From Candidatus Eiseniibacteriota bacterium (GTDB lineage Bacteria; Eisenbacteria; RBG-16-71-46): DNA of 35,482 bases. Under the pieces are notes generated by a model. It saw nothing but the letters and a program-made list of their open reading frames with translations. It was not told the DNA's origin and searched no databases. How positions within the stretch are numbered: position 1 is the first letter of the stretch; every line of letters starts with the position of its first letter. Positions 9,484 through 19,148 of this stretch are shown here, one piece after another. Made by a program: the position numbers and the translations under genes. The DNA is taken from positions 1-35,482 of the forward strand of contig JBEGJG010000021.1 in assembly GCA_041184705.1 (NCBI GenBank). The letters are read 5' to 3'.

Positions 9484-9978
9484 TCAGTTCCAGAGCCGCG
9501 AACCGTGCTTCACGAGCGGACTCGCGCCGAGCCGCTGCAGCAGGCCCAGCATGGTCTCGCCCGCGACCGGGTGCACGAGCATCGGGTCCAGTTCGACGAG
9601 CGGCACCAGCACGAACGAGCGCTTGGTCATCTCGGGGTGCGGCAGCTGCAGCTCGGGATCGTCCGAGACCAGGTCCTCGTAGAGGAGCAGGTCGAGGTCG
9701 AGGGTGCGCGGGCCCCAACGGTTCGTGCGCACGCGGCCGAGGCGCTTCTCGATCAGCATGAGGTTCCACAGCAACTGGCGCGGCGTGAGCTGCGTCTCGA
9801 GCAGCGCGACCGCGTTGAGGAAGTTGGGCTGGTCGGCGACACCCATGGGCTCGGTGTCGTAGAGCGACGAGGCGCGCACCACGGTGGTGTCGGGCGTGCG
9901 CGCGAGATGCTCGAGCGCCTGGCGCACGTGCGCCTCGCGGTCGCCGAGGTTCGAGCCCAGTCCGATGTACGCCTTCAT
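9484..9978 (-). CDS. folK: 2-amino-4-hydroxy-6-hydroxymethyldihydropteridine diphosphokinase (HPPK)
   Basis: IGLGSNLGD ... NRWGPRTLDLDLLLY ... LPHPEM signatures. ATG 9978 overlaps the folB stop as ATGA. Confidence 0.92.
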   Translation of the reverse strand: MKAYIGLGSNLGDREAHVRQALEHLARTPDTTVVRASSLYDTEPMGVADQPNFLNAVALLETQLTPRQLLWNLMLIEKRLGRVRTNRWGPRTLDLDLLLYEDLVSDDPELQLPHPEMTKRSFVLVPLVELDPMLVHPVAGETMLGLLQRLGASPLVKHGSRLWN

Positions 9979-10364
9979 GAGGTCCGTTCCCGGACCACCT
10001 CGATGACCGCGCGGCCACCGGTGGTCCATCCGAGGTTCTGCTTGGCGATGCGGACCCTCACGCGTCGGATGGGGTGGCGCTCGAGGATGACGGCGGCCAC
10101 ACGGGCGGCCAGAGCCTCGAGCAGGTGGAAGCTCTCCCCCTCCACCACCTCACGCACGATCCGGTACAGCATGTCGTAATCCACGGCGTCGGTGAGCTTG
10201 TCGCTGACCTCGGCCCGGTCGTCGGTGGGCTCGAGTTCGAGGTCCACCTCGAGGCGCTGCCCCGCTTCCTTCTCGTAGGGGCGGGCGCCGTGGTGCCCGA
10301 ACACGGACAACCCTTCCAACCGGATGATGGCCAACTCGTTGCCTCCGAACGCGAACGGCCGCAA
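9975..10364 (-). CDS. folB: dihydroneopterin aldolase
   Basis: LEGLSVFGHHGARPYEKEAGQRLEVDLELE ... DYDMLY pattern. The track start is TTG 10364. An in-frame TTG at 10334 has a better SD (GGAGG, 7-nt spacing). Confidence 0.85.
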   Translation of the reverse strand: MRPFAFGGNELAIIRLEGLSVFGHHGARPYEKEAGQRLEVDLELEPTDDRAEVSDKLTDAVDYDMLYRIVREVVEGESFHLLEALAARVAAVILERHPIRRVRVRIAKQNLGWTTGGRAVIEVVRERTS

Positions 10365-10395
10365 GCCTCATGCCGGCGACCCTCGTGGTGAGCGG

Positions 10396-10424
10396 AGTCT
10401 AGGACCGCCCCCCGGGGGGGTCAA
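10396..10424 (-). promoter_or_regulatory. putative sigma70-type promoter of the folB-...-tatA operon
   Basis: Minus strand: TTGACC (10424-10419), 17-nt spacer, TAGACT (10401-10396), about 30 nt upstream of the folB start. This is the best-fitting -35/-10 pair in the window. Confidence 0.45.
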
Positions 10425-10464
10425 GGAATCGTGCCGCGAACCCCTTGGGACAATCGGATTCGTG

Positions 10465-10504
10465 CAGTGTGGGCCATCCCCCGTGCTGCCGGGTACCCAC
10501 ACTG
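10465..10504 (-). terminator. stem-loop between dapD and the folB promoter
   Basis: CAGTGTGGG (10465-10473) and CCCACACTG (10496-10504): a 9-bp perfect inverted repeat with a 22-nt loop, 57 nt downstream of the dapD stop. No U-tract. Confidence 0.3.
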
Positions 10505-10560
10505 AACCCATTCGCACGGTGGTCCCGCCCCGAGGCGACACCGCACGCCCGAAGCGGTCC

Positions 10561-11415
10561 CTAGACGGCGACCCCGAACTCGCGCAGCGCGTCGTTGAGG
10601 CTGGTCTTGGTGTCGGTGCTCGCCTTGCGACGACCGATGACGAGCGCGCACGGCACGCCGAACTCACCCGCCGGGAAGCGCTTGGGGCGAGTGCCGGGGA
10701 TGACCACGCTGTCGGGCGGCACGTAGCCGCGGCTCTCGACCGGCGTCGGACCCGTCACGTCCACGATGACCGTGCTGGCGGTGAGCACCACGCCCGCCCC
10801 GAGCACCGCGCGAGCACCCACGCGCACACCCTCGACCACGATCGCGCGCGAACCGATGAACGCGTCGTCCTCGATGATGACCGGCGCGGCCTGCGGCGGC
10901 TCGAGCACGCCCCCGATCCCCACACCACCCGAGAGGTGCACACGGCGCCCGACCTGCGCGCACGAGCCCACCGTGGCCCACGTGTCCACCATGGTGCCCT
11001 CGCCCACGCGCGCGCCGATGTTGACGTAGCCCGGCATGAGGATGACGCCCTTCTCGAGGAAGCTGCCGTAGCGCGCCACACCGGGCGGCACCACGCGCAC
11101 GCCCGCGGCCTCGAGGTTCGCCTTGGGCGGCACCTTGTCGAAGAACGACAGGTCGCCCGCGACCATCGTGCGACTCACGTGCATGCGGAAGTAGAGCAGG
11201 ATGGCCTGCTTGAGCCACGCGTGCGTGACCCACTCCCCGCCTTCGGCCGCAGGCGGCGAGCACACGCGCAGGTCCCCGGCGTCGAGTGCGGCGACCGCAC
11301 CCTCGACCGCGCCGCGCAGCTCCGCGTCGTCGAGCCCCCGCGTGCCCGCGAAGCCCTCGCCGATCGTGCGCTCCCAACGCTCCAGCGGATAGGTGTCGGG
11401 GGTCGTGCCGCTCAT
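10561..11415 (-). CDS. dapD: 2,3,4,5-tetrahydropyridine-2,6-dicarboxylate N-succinyltransferase
   Basis: C-terminal 284 aa of track ORF 10561..12666. Hexapeptide-repeat (LbH) core (GYVNIGARVGEGTMVDTWATVGSCAQVG ... GGVGIGGVLEP). Sits next to dapC and dapE. ATG 11415 overlaps the dapC stop as ATGA. Confidence 0.88.
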   Translation of the reverse strand: MSGTTPDTYPLERWERTIGEGFAGTRGLDDAELRGAVEGAVAALDAGDLRVCSPPAAEGGEWVTHAWLKQAILLYFRMHVSRTMVAGDLSFFDKVPPKANLEAAGVRVVPPGVARYGSFLEKGVILMPGYVNIGARVGEGTMVDTWATVGSCAQVGRRVHLSGGVGIGGVLEPPQAAPVIIEDDAFIGSRAIVVEGVRVGARAVLGAGVVLTASTVIVDVTGPTPVESRGYVPPDSVVIPGTRPKRFPAGEFGVPCALVIGRRKASTDTKTSLNDALREFGVAV

Positions 11416-12587
11416 GCGTGCACCTCCGCGAGACGAGTTAGACGCGCGATCGCCTCCTCGCACTGCGCCTGCGTGGGCACGAGCGCCCAACGCACGAACC
11501 CCTCGCCCCCGGGCCCGAGGAACGAACCCGGCGTGGTCACGATGCCGAGCCGTAGCAGCGACTCGACGAACGCCACGTCGTCGCCGCCCGGGGCGCGCAT
11601 CCACAGGTAGAACGTGGCCTGCGAGGCCTCCACGGTCCATCCCCGACGCGCGAACTCGGCCATGAACAGCCGCCGCTTGGCGCCGTACACCTCGCGCGTC
11701 GCGGGTGTGTGCGCGTCGTCGTTCCACGCCGCGATGGCGGCGTCCTGGATGAAGTCCGGGGTGGCGTTGCCCAGGCTGGGGCGGAACTTCTTGAGCGCAT
11801 CCATGAGGCGCGGGTCGCCCGCCATGAACCCCGAGCGATAGCCCGTCATGGCCGATCGCTTGGAGAGCGTCCACATGCCGATGAGGTTCTCGAGCCCGTG
11901 CACGAGCAGCGTGCCGGGCCGCTCGCCCTCGAACCACAGGTCGCTGTACGCCTCGTCGCTCGCGATCCAGAAGCCCTGCTCGCGCGCCATGCGCACGAGC
12001 CGCTCGCCGGTCGCGGCGTCGAGCACCGAGCCCGTGGGGTTGTGCGGCGAGTTGAGCCACAGCAACGCGGTGCGCGCCCAGACGTCGGCGGGCACGCGAT
12101 CGGGGTTGAAGCACCAGCCGTCCTCGCTGCGCAGCGGGACGAAGTACGGCGTCGCACCCGCGAAGCGCGCCCCGCTCTCGTACACGGGGTACGCGGGCGT
12201 GGGGATGATCACCACGTCGCGCTTCGCGCCGGGGCCGATCAACGCGAACGCGAGCGAGTACACCGCCTCCTTGGTGCCGTTGGCGGGCAGCACGTGGCGC
12301 TCGGGGTCCACGGTGAGGCCGTAGCGGCGCTGCAACCACGCGGCGCACGCGGCGCGCAGTTCGGGCTTGCCGTTGGTGGCCGGGTAGCTCGAGACCGCGG
12401 GCACCGCGGCCTTGAGCCTGTCGCGGATGAACGCCGGCGTCTCCTCGCGCGGGTCCCCCATGCCGAAGTTGATCGGCGCGAGGTCGGGCGGCGCCAACTC
12501 GCGGCGGCGGCGTTCGAGCTTCACGAACGGGTACTCCTCGTTCGTGGTGAGCAGCGGGTGCAACGGCCCCGGCACGAAGGCGGTCAT
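11412..12587 (-). CDS. dapC: succinyldiaminopimelate aminotransferase (class I/II PLP aminotransferase)
   Basis: C-terminal 391 aa of track ORF 11412..13727. NSPHNPTG, SDEAYSDL, and the PLP lysine in LSKRSAMTGYRSG. Operon context between dapE and dapD. ATG 12587 overlaps the dapE stop as ATGA. Confidence 0.8.
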   Translation of the reverse strand: MTAFVPGPLHPLLTTNEEYPFVKLERRRRELAPPDLAPINFGMGDPREETPAFIRDRLKAAVPAVSSYPATNGKPELRAACAAWLQRRYGLTVDPERHVLPANGTKEAVYSLAFALIGPGAKRDVVIIPTPAYPVYESGARFAGATPYFVPLRSEDGWCFNPDRVPADVWARTALLWLNSPHNPTGSVLDAATGERLVRMAREQGFWIASDEAYSDLWFEGERPGTLLVHGLENLIGMWTLSKRSAMTGYRSGFMAGDPRLMDALKKFRPSLGNATPDFIQDAAIAAWNDDAHTPATREVYGAKRRLFMAEFARRGWTVEASQATFYLWMRAPGGDDVAFVESLLRLGIVTTPGSFLGPGGEGFVRWALVPTQAQCEEAIARLTRLAEVHA

Positions 12588-13657
12588 GCGGACTCCCGGG
12601 TGAGGAACGTGGACAGGTGGTCGTACACCGACTTGAGGTTCGGGATCGGGCAGTACTCGTCGGCACGATGGCAGAGGTCGGGGATGCCGGGCCCGAAGTT
12701 GAACGCCGGGATGCCCGCCTCGGTGAAACGCGCGACGTCGGTCCAGCCCTGCTTGCCCGCGACCGAGGCGCCGGTCTGGCGCAGGAAGCGCTGCACGATG
12801 GCGTCGTCCATGCACAGCCGTCCCGGCGGCGCCTGGTCCACCACCTCGAACCCGAACCCCTCGGGCACGAGCGCGCGCACGCGGGCGATGGCCTCGTCGG
12901 TGGTGCGGTCCGGCGGGAAACGATGGTTGAGGTTCACGACCATCTCGGCGGGCACCACGTTGCGTGCGGTTCCTGCCGAGAGCTTCGTGACCTGCAGCGT
13001 CTCGCGGAACTCCATGCCGTGGAGCACGTGAGTGAGGGTCTCGAAGCGCGTGATGTCCCCGAGCCATGCCGCGCCCTCGGCCACCGCGTTGCGCCCCTTC
13101 CACGGCCGTGCGGCGTGCGCCGCCACGCCGGGCACGCGCACCTCGACGTTCAGGATGCCGTTGCAGCCCATCTCGACCGCGCCGTCGGTGGGCTCGAGCA
13201 GAATGGCGAGTGCGGCGTCGCGCAACCACGGCGACTCGCGCAGCACTCGCTTGAGCCCGTTGCGCTCGGCCGGCCCCTCCTCGGCGTCGTAGAACACGCA
13301 CGCGACGTCGAACGGCATGGCGTCGAGGTCGAGGTGCGAGGCGAGCGCCAGCATGACCGCGTCGCCCGCCTTCATGTCGGTGGTGCCGAGCCCGTAGAGG
13401 CGGTCGCCCTCGCGGCGCGCGCGGGCGTTGTCCTGCGGCGGCACGGTGTCGGTGTGCCCGGCCAGCACCACGAGGGGGCGGCCCTTGCGCGGCGCGCGCC
13501 AGACCACGGACAAGCCGTGGCGGATGACCTCGCCGCGGCTCTCCGAGGCGAGTCGGCGGGTGACGAGGTCGGCGATCGCCTGCTCGTCGCCCGTCACGCT
13601 GGGCGTGTCCACCAGTTGCACGAGCAGCTCGACGAGCGTTTCGGAGGTGACGGGCAT
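12584..13657 (-). CDS. dapE: succinyl-diaminopimelate desuccinylase (M20 peptidase family)
   Basis: 357 aa. LVDTPSVTGDE, LAGHTDTVP, and YDAEEG metal-ligand motifs. First gene of the dapE-dapC-dapD string. Confidence 0.85.
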   Translation of the reverse strand: MPVTSETLVELLVQLVDTPSVTGDEQAIADLVTRRLASESRGEVIRHGLSVVWRAPRKGRPLVVLAGHTDTVPPQDNARARREGDRLYGLGTTDMKAGDAVMLALASHLDLDAMPFDVACVFYDAEEGPAERNGLKRVLRESPWLRDAALAILLEPTDGAVEMGCNGILNVEVRVPGVAAHAARPWKGRNAVAEGAAWLGDITRFETLTHVLHGMEFRETLQVTKLSAGTARNVVPAEMVVNLNHRFPPDRTTDEAIARVRALVPEGFGFEVVDQAPPGRLCMDDAIVQRFLRQTGASVAGKQGWTDVARFTEAGIPAFNFGPGIPDLCHRADEYCPIPNLKSVYDHLSTFLTRESA

Positions 13658-13711
13658 CGGGGTTCCCCAGGGACTCGAAGTCGGCGACCGAACCTAGCAC
13701 CGGGCCGCAGG

Positions 13712-13740
13712 TTGCGCCACGCCGCACACCCCCCTAGCCT
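13712..13740 (+). promoter_or_regulatory. putative promoter placing the ygfZ ATG at the transcription start (leaderless)
   Basis: TTGCGC (13712-13717), 17-nt spacer, TAGCCT (13735-13740). Only 7 nt (GCCGCGC) separate the -10 from ATG 13748, and there is no SD. Confidence 0.3.
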
Positions 13741-13747
13741 GCCGCGC

Positions 13748-14548
13748 ATGACGCCCACCTCGACCGCGCTCCGGCTCACCGGACGCGACGCCCTGCCGCT
13801 GCTGCACCGCACCACCAGTCAGGTGCTCGCCGACCTCGCCCCCGGCGGCGCGCGCGCGACCCTGTTCTGCGACTTCCGCGGCCGACTGCTGCACCGTGCG
13901 GTGGTGGCGGTGGCCTCCGACGGCGCCGTGTGGCTGCTGCGCGCCGACGCCCCGGGGCCCGAGTTGGCCGCCGCCGTGGACCGCATGGTGTTCCGCGACG
14001 ACGTCACGATCGAGGACCGCTCCGCCGAGCTGCCGTTCGTGTTCGCGCCTGCGCCCGCCGACGCGGTCGGCGTGCTCGAGGAACGCGACGGCGCCCCGCT
14101 CGTGGTGGCCGTGGGCGACGGCACGCTGCTCGCGCGCGACGGACGCCCCGCGCTGACCGAGACGGAACGCATCGCGCGACTGCTGCCCCAGCACGGCCTC
14201 GAGATCCGCGAGGCGTTCCATCCGTACGAGGTCGGGCTCGGCCCCGACGTGCATCTGGCCAAGGGCTGCTTCACGGGACAGGAGGCGCTGCAGCGCCTCA
14301 TCACCTACGCGAGCGTGCGGCGTCGGCTCGCGCGCGTGGCCGTGGCGGCCGCGGTGCCGACCCTGCCGGTCGAGGTGCGACAGGGCGAGGAACGCGTCGG
14401 GGTGCTCACGAGCGTGGCGGGCGGCGAAGGGCTCGCGGTGCTCGCGCACGCGGCGGCGGCACCCGGCACGCGACTCGTCACCGACGAGGGCGCCCCGATC
14501 GAGGTGATCGAGGCCCCGGAGCCGGCCCGCCCGATCGGACGCGACTGA
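13748..14548 (+). CDS. ygfZ: YgfZ/GcvT-like folate-binding protein
   Basis: In-frame ATG inside track ORF 12617..14548 (266 aa). Contains the YgfZ signature KGCFTGQE, in a GcvT-like fold context. Confidence 0.8.
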   Translation: MTPTSTALRLTGRDALPLLHRTTSQVLADLAPGGARATLFCDFRGRLLHRAVVAVASDGAVWLLRADAPGPELAAAVDRMVFRDDVTIEDRSAELPFVFAPAPADAVGVLEERDGAPLVVAVGDGTLLARDGRPALTETERIARLLPQHGLEIREAFHPYEVGLGPDVHLAKGCFTGQEALQRLITYASVRRRLARVAVAAAVPTLPVEVRQGEERVGVLTSVAGGEGLAVLAHAAAAPGTRLVTDEGAPIEVIEAPEPARPIGRD

Positions 14549-14557
14549 CGCCGGGAC

Positions 14558-16143
14558 TCAGGCCGCCGGCTTCTCGCCGTCGTCCACCACCAGCGCGTCG
14601 GTGGTGAGCACCACGCTCGCGAGCGAACCCGCGTGCAGCAGCGCGCAGCGCACCACCTTGGCGGGATCCACGATCCCGGCGCGGTCCAGTTCCACCAGCC
14701 CGCCCGAGAGCGCGTCGAACCCCGTCCACTCCCCACCCGCGCGCACGCGTTGCAGCACGCTCGCGGCGTCGGCGCCCGCGTTGGCCGCGATCCACCACGC
14801 CGGTGCGGCGAGCGCGGCGGCGACCGCGTCGCGGCCGGGACGGTCGAGCGGTCGAACGTCGAGCGCGGAGACCGCATCCACCAGACGCAGCAATCCCGCG
14901 CCACCGCCGGGCACCAGGCCCTCCTCGAGGGCCGCCTGCGTGGCCCCGAGCGCGTCCTCGACCTGCGCACGGCGCGCCTCGCGCTCGGGCCCCGCGGGCC
15001 CGCCCACGCGCAGCACCGCGACGCGACCCGCCAGTCGAGCGCGACGATCGTCGTCGCAATCGGCGAGCGCGGCCCGCACCTGCTCGGTGCGTCCACCGCC
15101 GCCGGTCACCGTGGTGACTTCAGCGTTCGCGCACGCGCGCACGGCACGACCGAGGTGCGCGGACGTGACCGCGGTGGGAGCGATCCCCGTGCCGTAGCCG
15201 AGCAGCGTGGCGCCGGTGACGAGGGCCAGATCCTCGAGCCACGCGCGGCGCTCGGTCGGCGTGCCGGGCATGCGCACGGCGAGCCCCGGCGCGGTGCCGC
15301 GCAGACGGTTCACCACCAGCACCGCGAGCGCATCGGTGGACAGGTCCTCGCACACGCCAGCACCGCGAGCGCATCGGTGGACAGGTCCTCGCACACGCAC
15401 AGCAACGGACGGTTCTGACGCGCGGCGATCTCGAGCGCGGGCACGATCTCGGCGGGACGCGTGAGCACGCCGTCCACCACCAGCACGAGCGGGCGGTCGA
15501 GGGCCACCTCCATGTCCTCGTCGGCATCGTTGACGAAGTAGGGCGAGGCGTAGCCCGAGGGCAGGCGCAGCCCGTCCACCACCTCGAGCACGAGCCCGTG
15601 ACCCGAACCCTCCTCCACGGTCACCACGCCGTCGGGACCGACCTCGGCGATGGCGCGCGCGATCGCGTCGCCCACCTCGGCGTCGCCGCTCGTGAGCGTG
15701 GCGACGTGCGCCAGGTCGCGCTCGTCCTCGACCGGACGCGCGAGCCGCGCGAGCTCCTGCAACGCCGCGGCGACCGCGGTCTCGACGCCGCGCCGCACCG
15801 CGACCGGGTTGCCGCCCGCGCGCACCGCCGCGAAGCCGTCCCCCACGATGCGATGCGCGATCACGGTGGCGGTGGTGGTGCCGTCGCCGGCTTCCGCACC
15901 GGTGCGCTGCGCGACCTCGCGCAGCATGTGCACGCCCATGTTCTCGAACGGATCGGGCAGCTCGAGTTCCTGCGCGACCGCGATGCCGTCGCGCGTGATG
16001 GTGGGCAGGTGGCCCTGCGCTCGATCCAGCACCACGCTGCGGCCACGCGGCCCGAGCGTGATGCGCACGGCGCTCGCCAACTGGTCGATCCCCCGCCACA
16101 ACGACTGGCGGGCGTCCTCGTCGAACCGGACGCGCTTGCCCAT
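14558..16143 (-). pseudogene. groEL: divergent GroEL/Cpn60 paralogue, reading frame broken by a 41-bp tandem duplication
   Basis: The N-terminal part lies in track ORF 15310..16224: MGKRVRFDEDAR ... ITRDGIAVAQELEL ... AGDGTTTATV ... PLLCVCEDLSTDALAVL. The C-terminal part lies in another frame, ORF 14558..16198: VVNRLRG ... VPGGGAGLL ... DPAKVVRCALLHAGSLASVVLTTDALVV. ATG 16143 is preceded by GGGAGG. Deleting one 41-bp repeat copy joins the two halves into a 514-aa ORF. Confidence 0.85.
15316..15398. repeat. perfect 41-bp tandem duplication (2 copies plus 1 nt)
   Basis: ccagcaccgcgagcgcatcggtggacaggtcctcgcacacg occurs at 15316-15356 and again at 15357-15397. The match extends to c15398. 41 is not a multiple of 3. 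Confidence 0.97.
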
Positions 16144-16267
16144 GTGGACGTGCCTCCCTGCGCGCCCACGATGCGCACCGTCCGGCCGGACCGGGCACCG
16201 CGGGGTCCCGAGGGGTATCGGCACCCCGGGGCGCGCGGTTCAGCGGTTCGCGGCGGGCCGCCCCGAC

Positions 16268-18028
16268 TCAGCGCGGGGCGCGGCGGGACGGCTCGGGGCG
16301 GGCACGATCGCGGCGGGCGCGGTCCATCTCGCGCACCGCGCGCACGACCTCGCTCGGGGCCCCCGGGCGGCGTGCCGCCTCGCGCAGCCACTGCACGCCC
16401 GCGCTCGAGTCGCCCGCCTGCAGGAACGCGGTCGCGGCGTCGAACGCGTAGCCGGAGCTCTCGGGGAACGCGATCGCGAGCCGACGGAACTCGGCCGCCG
16501 CCCCGCGCCAGTCCCGACCGGCCGCGAGCGTGTGCGCGAGCGACAGTCGGTCGCGCTGCCAGCGCGGATCGGTGGGACGCGTCGCGTCGTCGGCGCGCGC
16601 GGACGTGGCGGTCTCCCCCGTCGCGTCGCGCTCGACCTCCTGGAACCGCCCGGCCTCGTCCATGCGGAAGAACCGATCGGGCCCCTGCGGCTCGTTCTCA
16701 CCGCGCGCGCGGTACGCGCTGTAGTAACCCGCCCGCAACGTGCGGTCGCGGTACCACACGCGCACCACCGGGCCGTCGCCCGCGAGGAACCCGACGTTGT
16801 TGGGGATGCGCACGAACCACAGGCGCGCGTTGGGCTCCATGGTGGGGTACGCCCCGAGCAGCTTGGCCTTGATGTCCGACACGAACGCGCCGGCACGACG
16901 CTGGTAGGACGCCTCGCCCCAGTCCTCGGACGGCGTCGCGGCACGCCCCGCGCCCACGAACGCGAGTGCGCCCACGAGCAGCATGGCCACCACGCGCTGG
17001 CGTCCGATCGCGACCCCGACGAGCAACCACAACCCGAGCCCGGCGAAGTGCGCGTAGTACGCGTGCCAGCCCAGACCGGGCAGCAGCAGCGGCAGCGTAC
17101 CCAGCCCCCACCACGCGAGCGCGAACGGCTCCACGCCGCGCACCGCGCGACCACGCCCGGCCCCGAGCACGTCGGAGGGACGCGCGTCGGGACGCGCGAG
17201 CAGCTCCACGAACAGCACCACCAGCAGCACGCCGCGCACGCCGTCGAACAGCACCGCGCGCCAACCGTTCTCGGGCGCGGGCCACAGATCGAGCGAGAAC
17301 GCGGCGAGGAAGCTCTTCCACACGGCCACCCACGGCGCGACCGCCGCAGGCGAGGGCGGCGCGTCGGCGGGAGCCCCCGCCCACAGACGACCGAGCACCA
17401 TGGGGTGCGCGATCGCCCACACCAGCGCGAGGCCCGCCGCGGGTGCGACGCGCAACCCGATCGCGGCCCAGTCGCGACGCCCCACCCAGCGGTCGTGGAG
17501 CGCGAACAGCAGCACGAGCGGCGCCGCGGTCTCCTTGCTCGCCAGGGCGAGCGCGTACGCCAGCGTGGCCGGTGCGATGCGGCCCGTGTGCCATGCGAGC
17601 AGGGCGAGCAGCGACCACAGCATCATCCACAGGTCCTGCGCGCCCGCGGACCACAGCATCAGCAGGCCCCAGCCCGGCAGCGTGGCTGCGCCCACCACCG
17701 CGACGGCGGCCGCGGCCGCACCGACCAACCGACGCGCGAGCGCCCAGTAGGCGGCCAGCACACCGCACGACAACACGAGGCTGGCGAGGTGGAACGGCCA
17801 TTCGACGGGCCCGAACGCGCGCTGCAACCACCAGTAGTGGAGCTCGCGCGACCACGGGCGCCACCAGTTGAAGGCGAGGTCGCGGAACCCCCACAGGTCG
17901 CCGAACCCCTTCCCTCCCACGTGGTCGAGGAACACGTAGTCGTCGTTGAGGAACGGCAGGCGGAACGCGTCGCCGAAGCGCGCGAACAGGAACAGCGCGA
18001 GCAGCCCCACGCCGAGGGCGCGTCCCAT
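16268..18028 (-). CDS. polytopic membrane protein, GT-C-fold glycosyltransferase-like (ArnT/PMT-like), with a C-terminal soluble TPR-like tail
   Basis: C-terminal 586 aa of track ORF 16268..19099. Many TM segments. Acidic first-loop motif FLNDDYVFLD and LASKETAAPLVLLF, as I recall for GT39/GT83-type enzymes. The tail (AAEFRRLAIAFPESSGYAFDAATAFLQAGD) looks TPR-like. Family assignment is from memory only. Confidence 0.5.
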   Translation of the reverse strand: MGRALGVGLLALFLFARFGDAFRLPFLNDDYVFLDHVGGKGFGDLWGFRDLAFNWWRPWSRELHYWWLQRAFGPVEWPFHLASLVLSCGVLAAYWALARRLVGAAAAAVAVVGAATLPGWGLLMLWSAGAQDLWMMLWSLLALLAWHTGRIAPATLAYALALASKETAAPLVLLFALHDRWVGRRDWAAIGLRVAPAAGLALVWAIAHPMVLGRLWAGAPADAPPSPAAVAPWVAVWKSFLAAFSLDLWPAPENGWRAVLFDGVRGVLLVVLFVELLARPDARPSDVLGAGRGRAVRGVEPFALAWWGLGTLPLLLPGLGWHAYYAHFAGLGLWLLVGVAIGRQRVVAMLLVGALAFVGAGRAATPSEDWGEASYQRRAGAFVSDIKAKLLGAYPTMEPNARLWFVRIPNNVGFLAGDGPVVRVWYRDRTLRAGYYSAYRARGENEPQGPDRFFRMDEAGRFQEVERDATGETATSARADDATRPTDPRWQRDRLSLAHTLAAGRDWRGAAAEFRRLAIAFPESSGYAFDAATAFLQAGDSSAGVQWLREAARRPGAPSEVVRAVREMDRARRDRARPEPSRRAPR

Positions 18029-18063
18029 GGGGACGGCCGGACGCGAACGGCCCGCCGCGGAGC

Positions 18064-19146
<1,083 letters not shown>

Positions 19147-19148
19147 GA

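Noticed and set aside
10561-13727. Very long N-terminal extensions of track ORFs: 10561..12666, 11412..13727, 16268..19099, 19149..21671, 20999..22768, 7934..9082, 6286..7629
   Set aside because: Each extension runs through the upstream gene in another frame and is low-complexity. In each case the conserved domain starts at an internal ATG or GTG that overlaps the preceding stop codon (ATGA or GTGA). I used those starts.
16144-16267. CIRCE operator or sigma32 heat-shock promoter upstream of the groEL paralogue
   Set aside because: There is no TTAGCACTC-N9-GAGTGCTAA-like inverted repeat. The nearest CTTGAA/CCCCAT-like pair (CTGAAC ... CCGATAC) has poor matches and wrong spacing.
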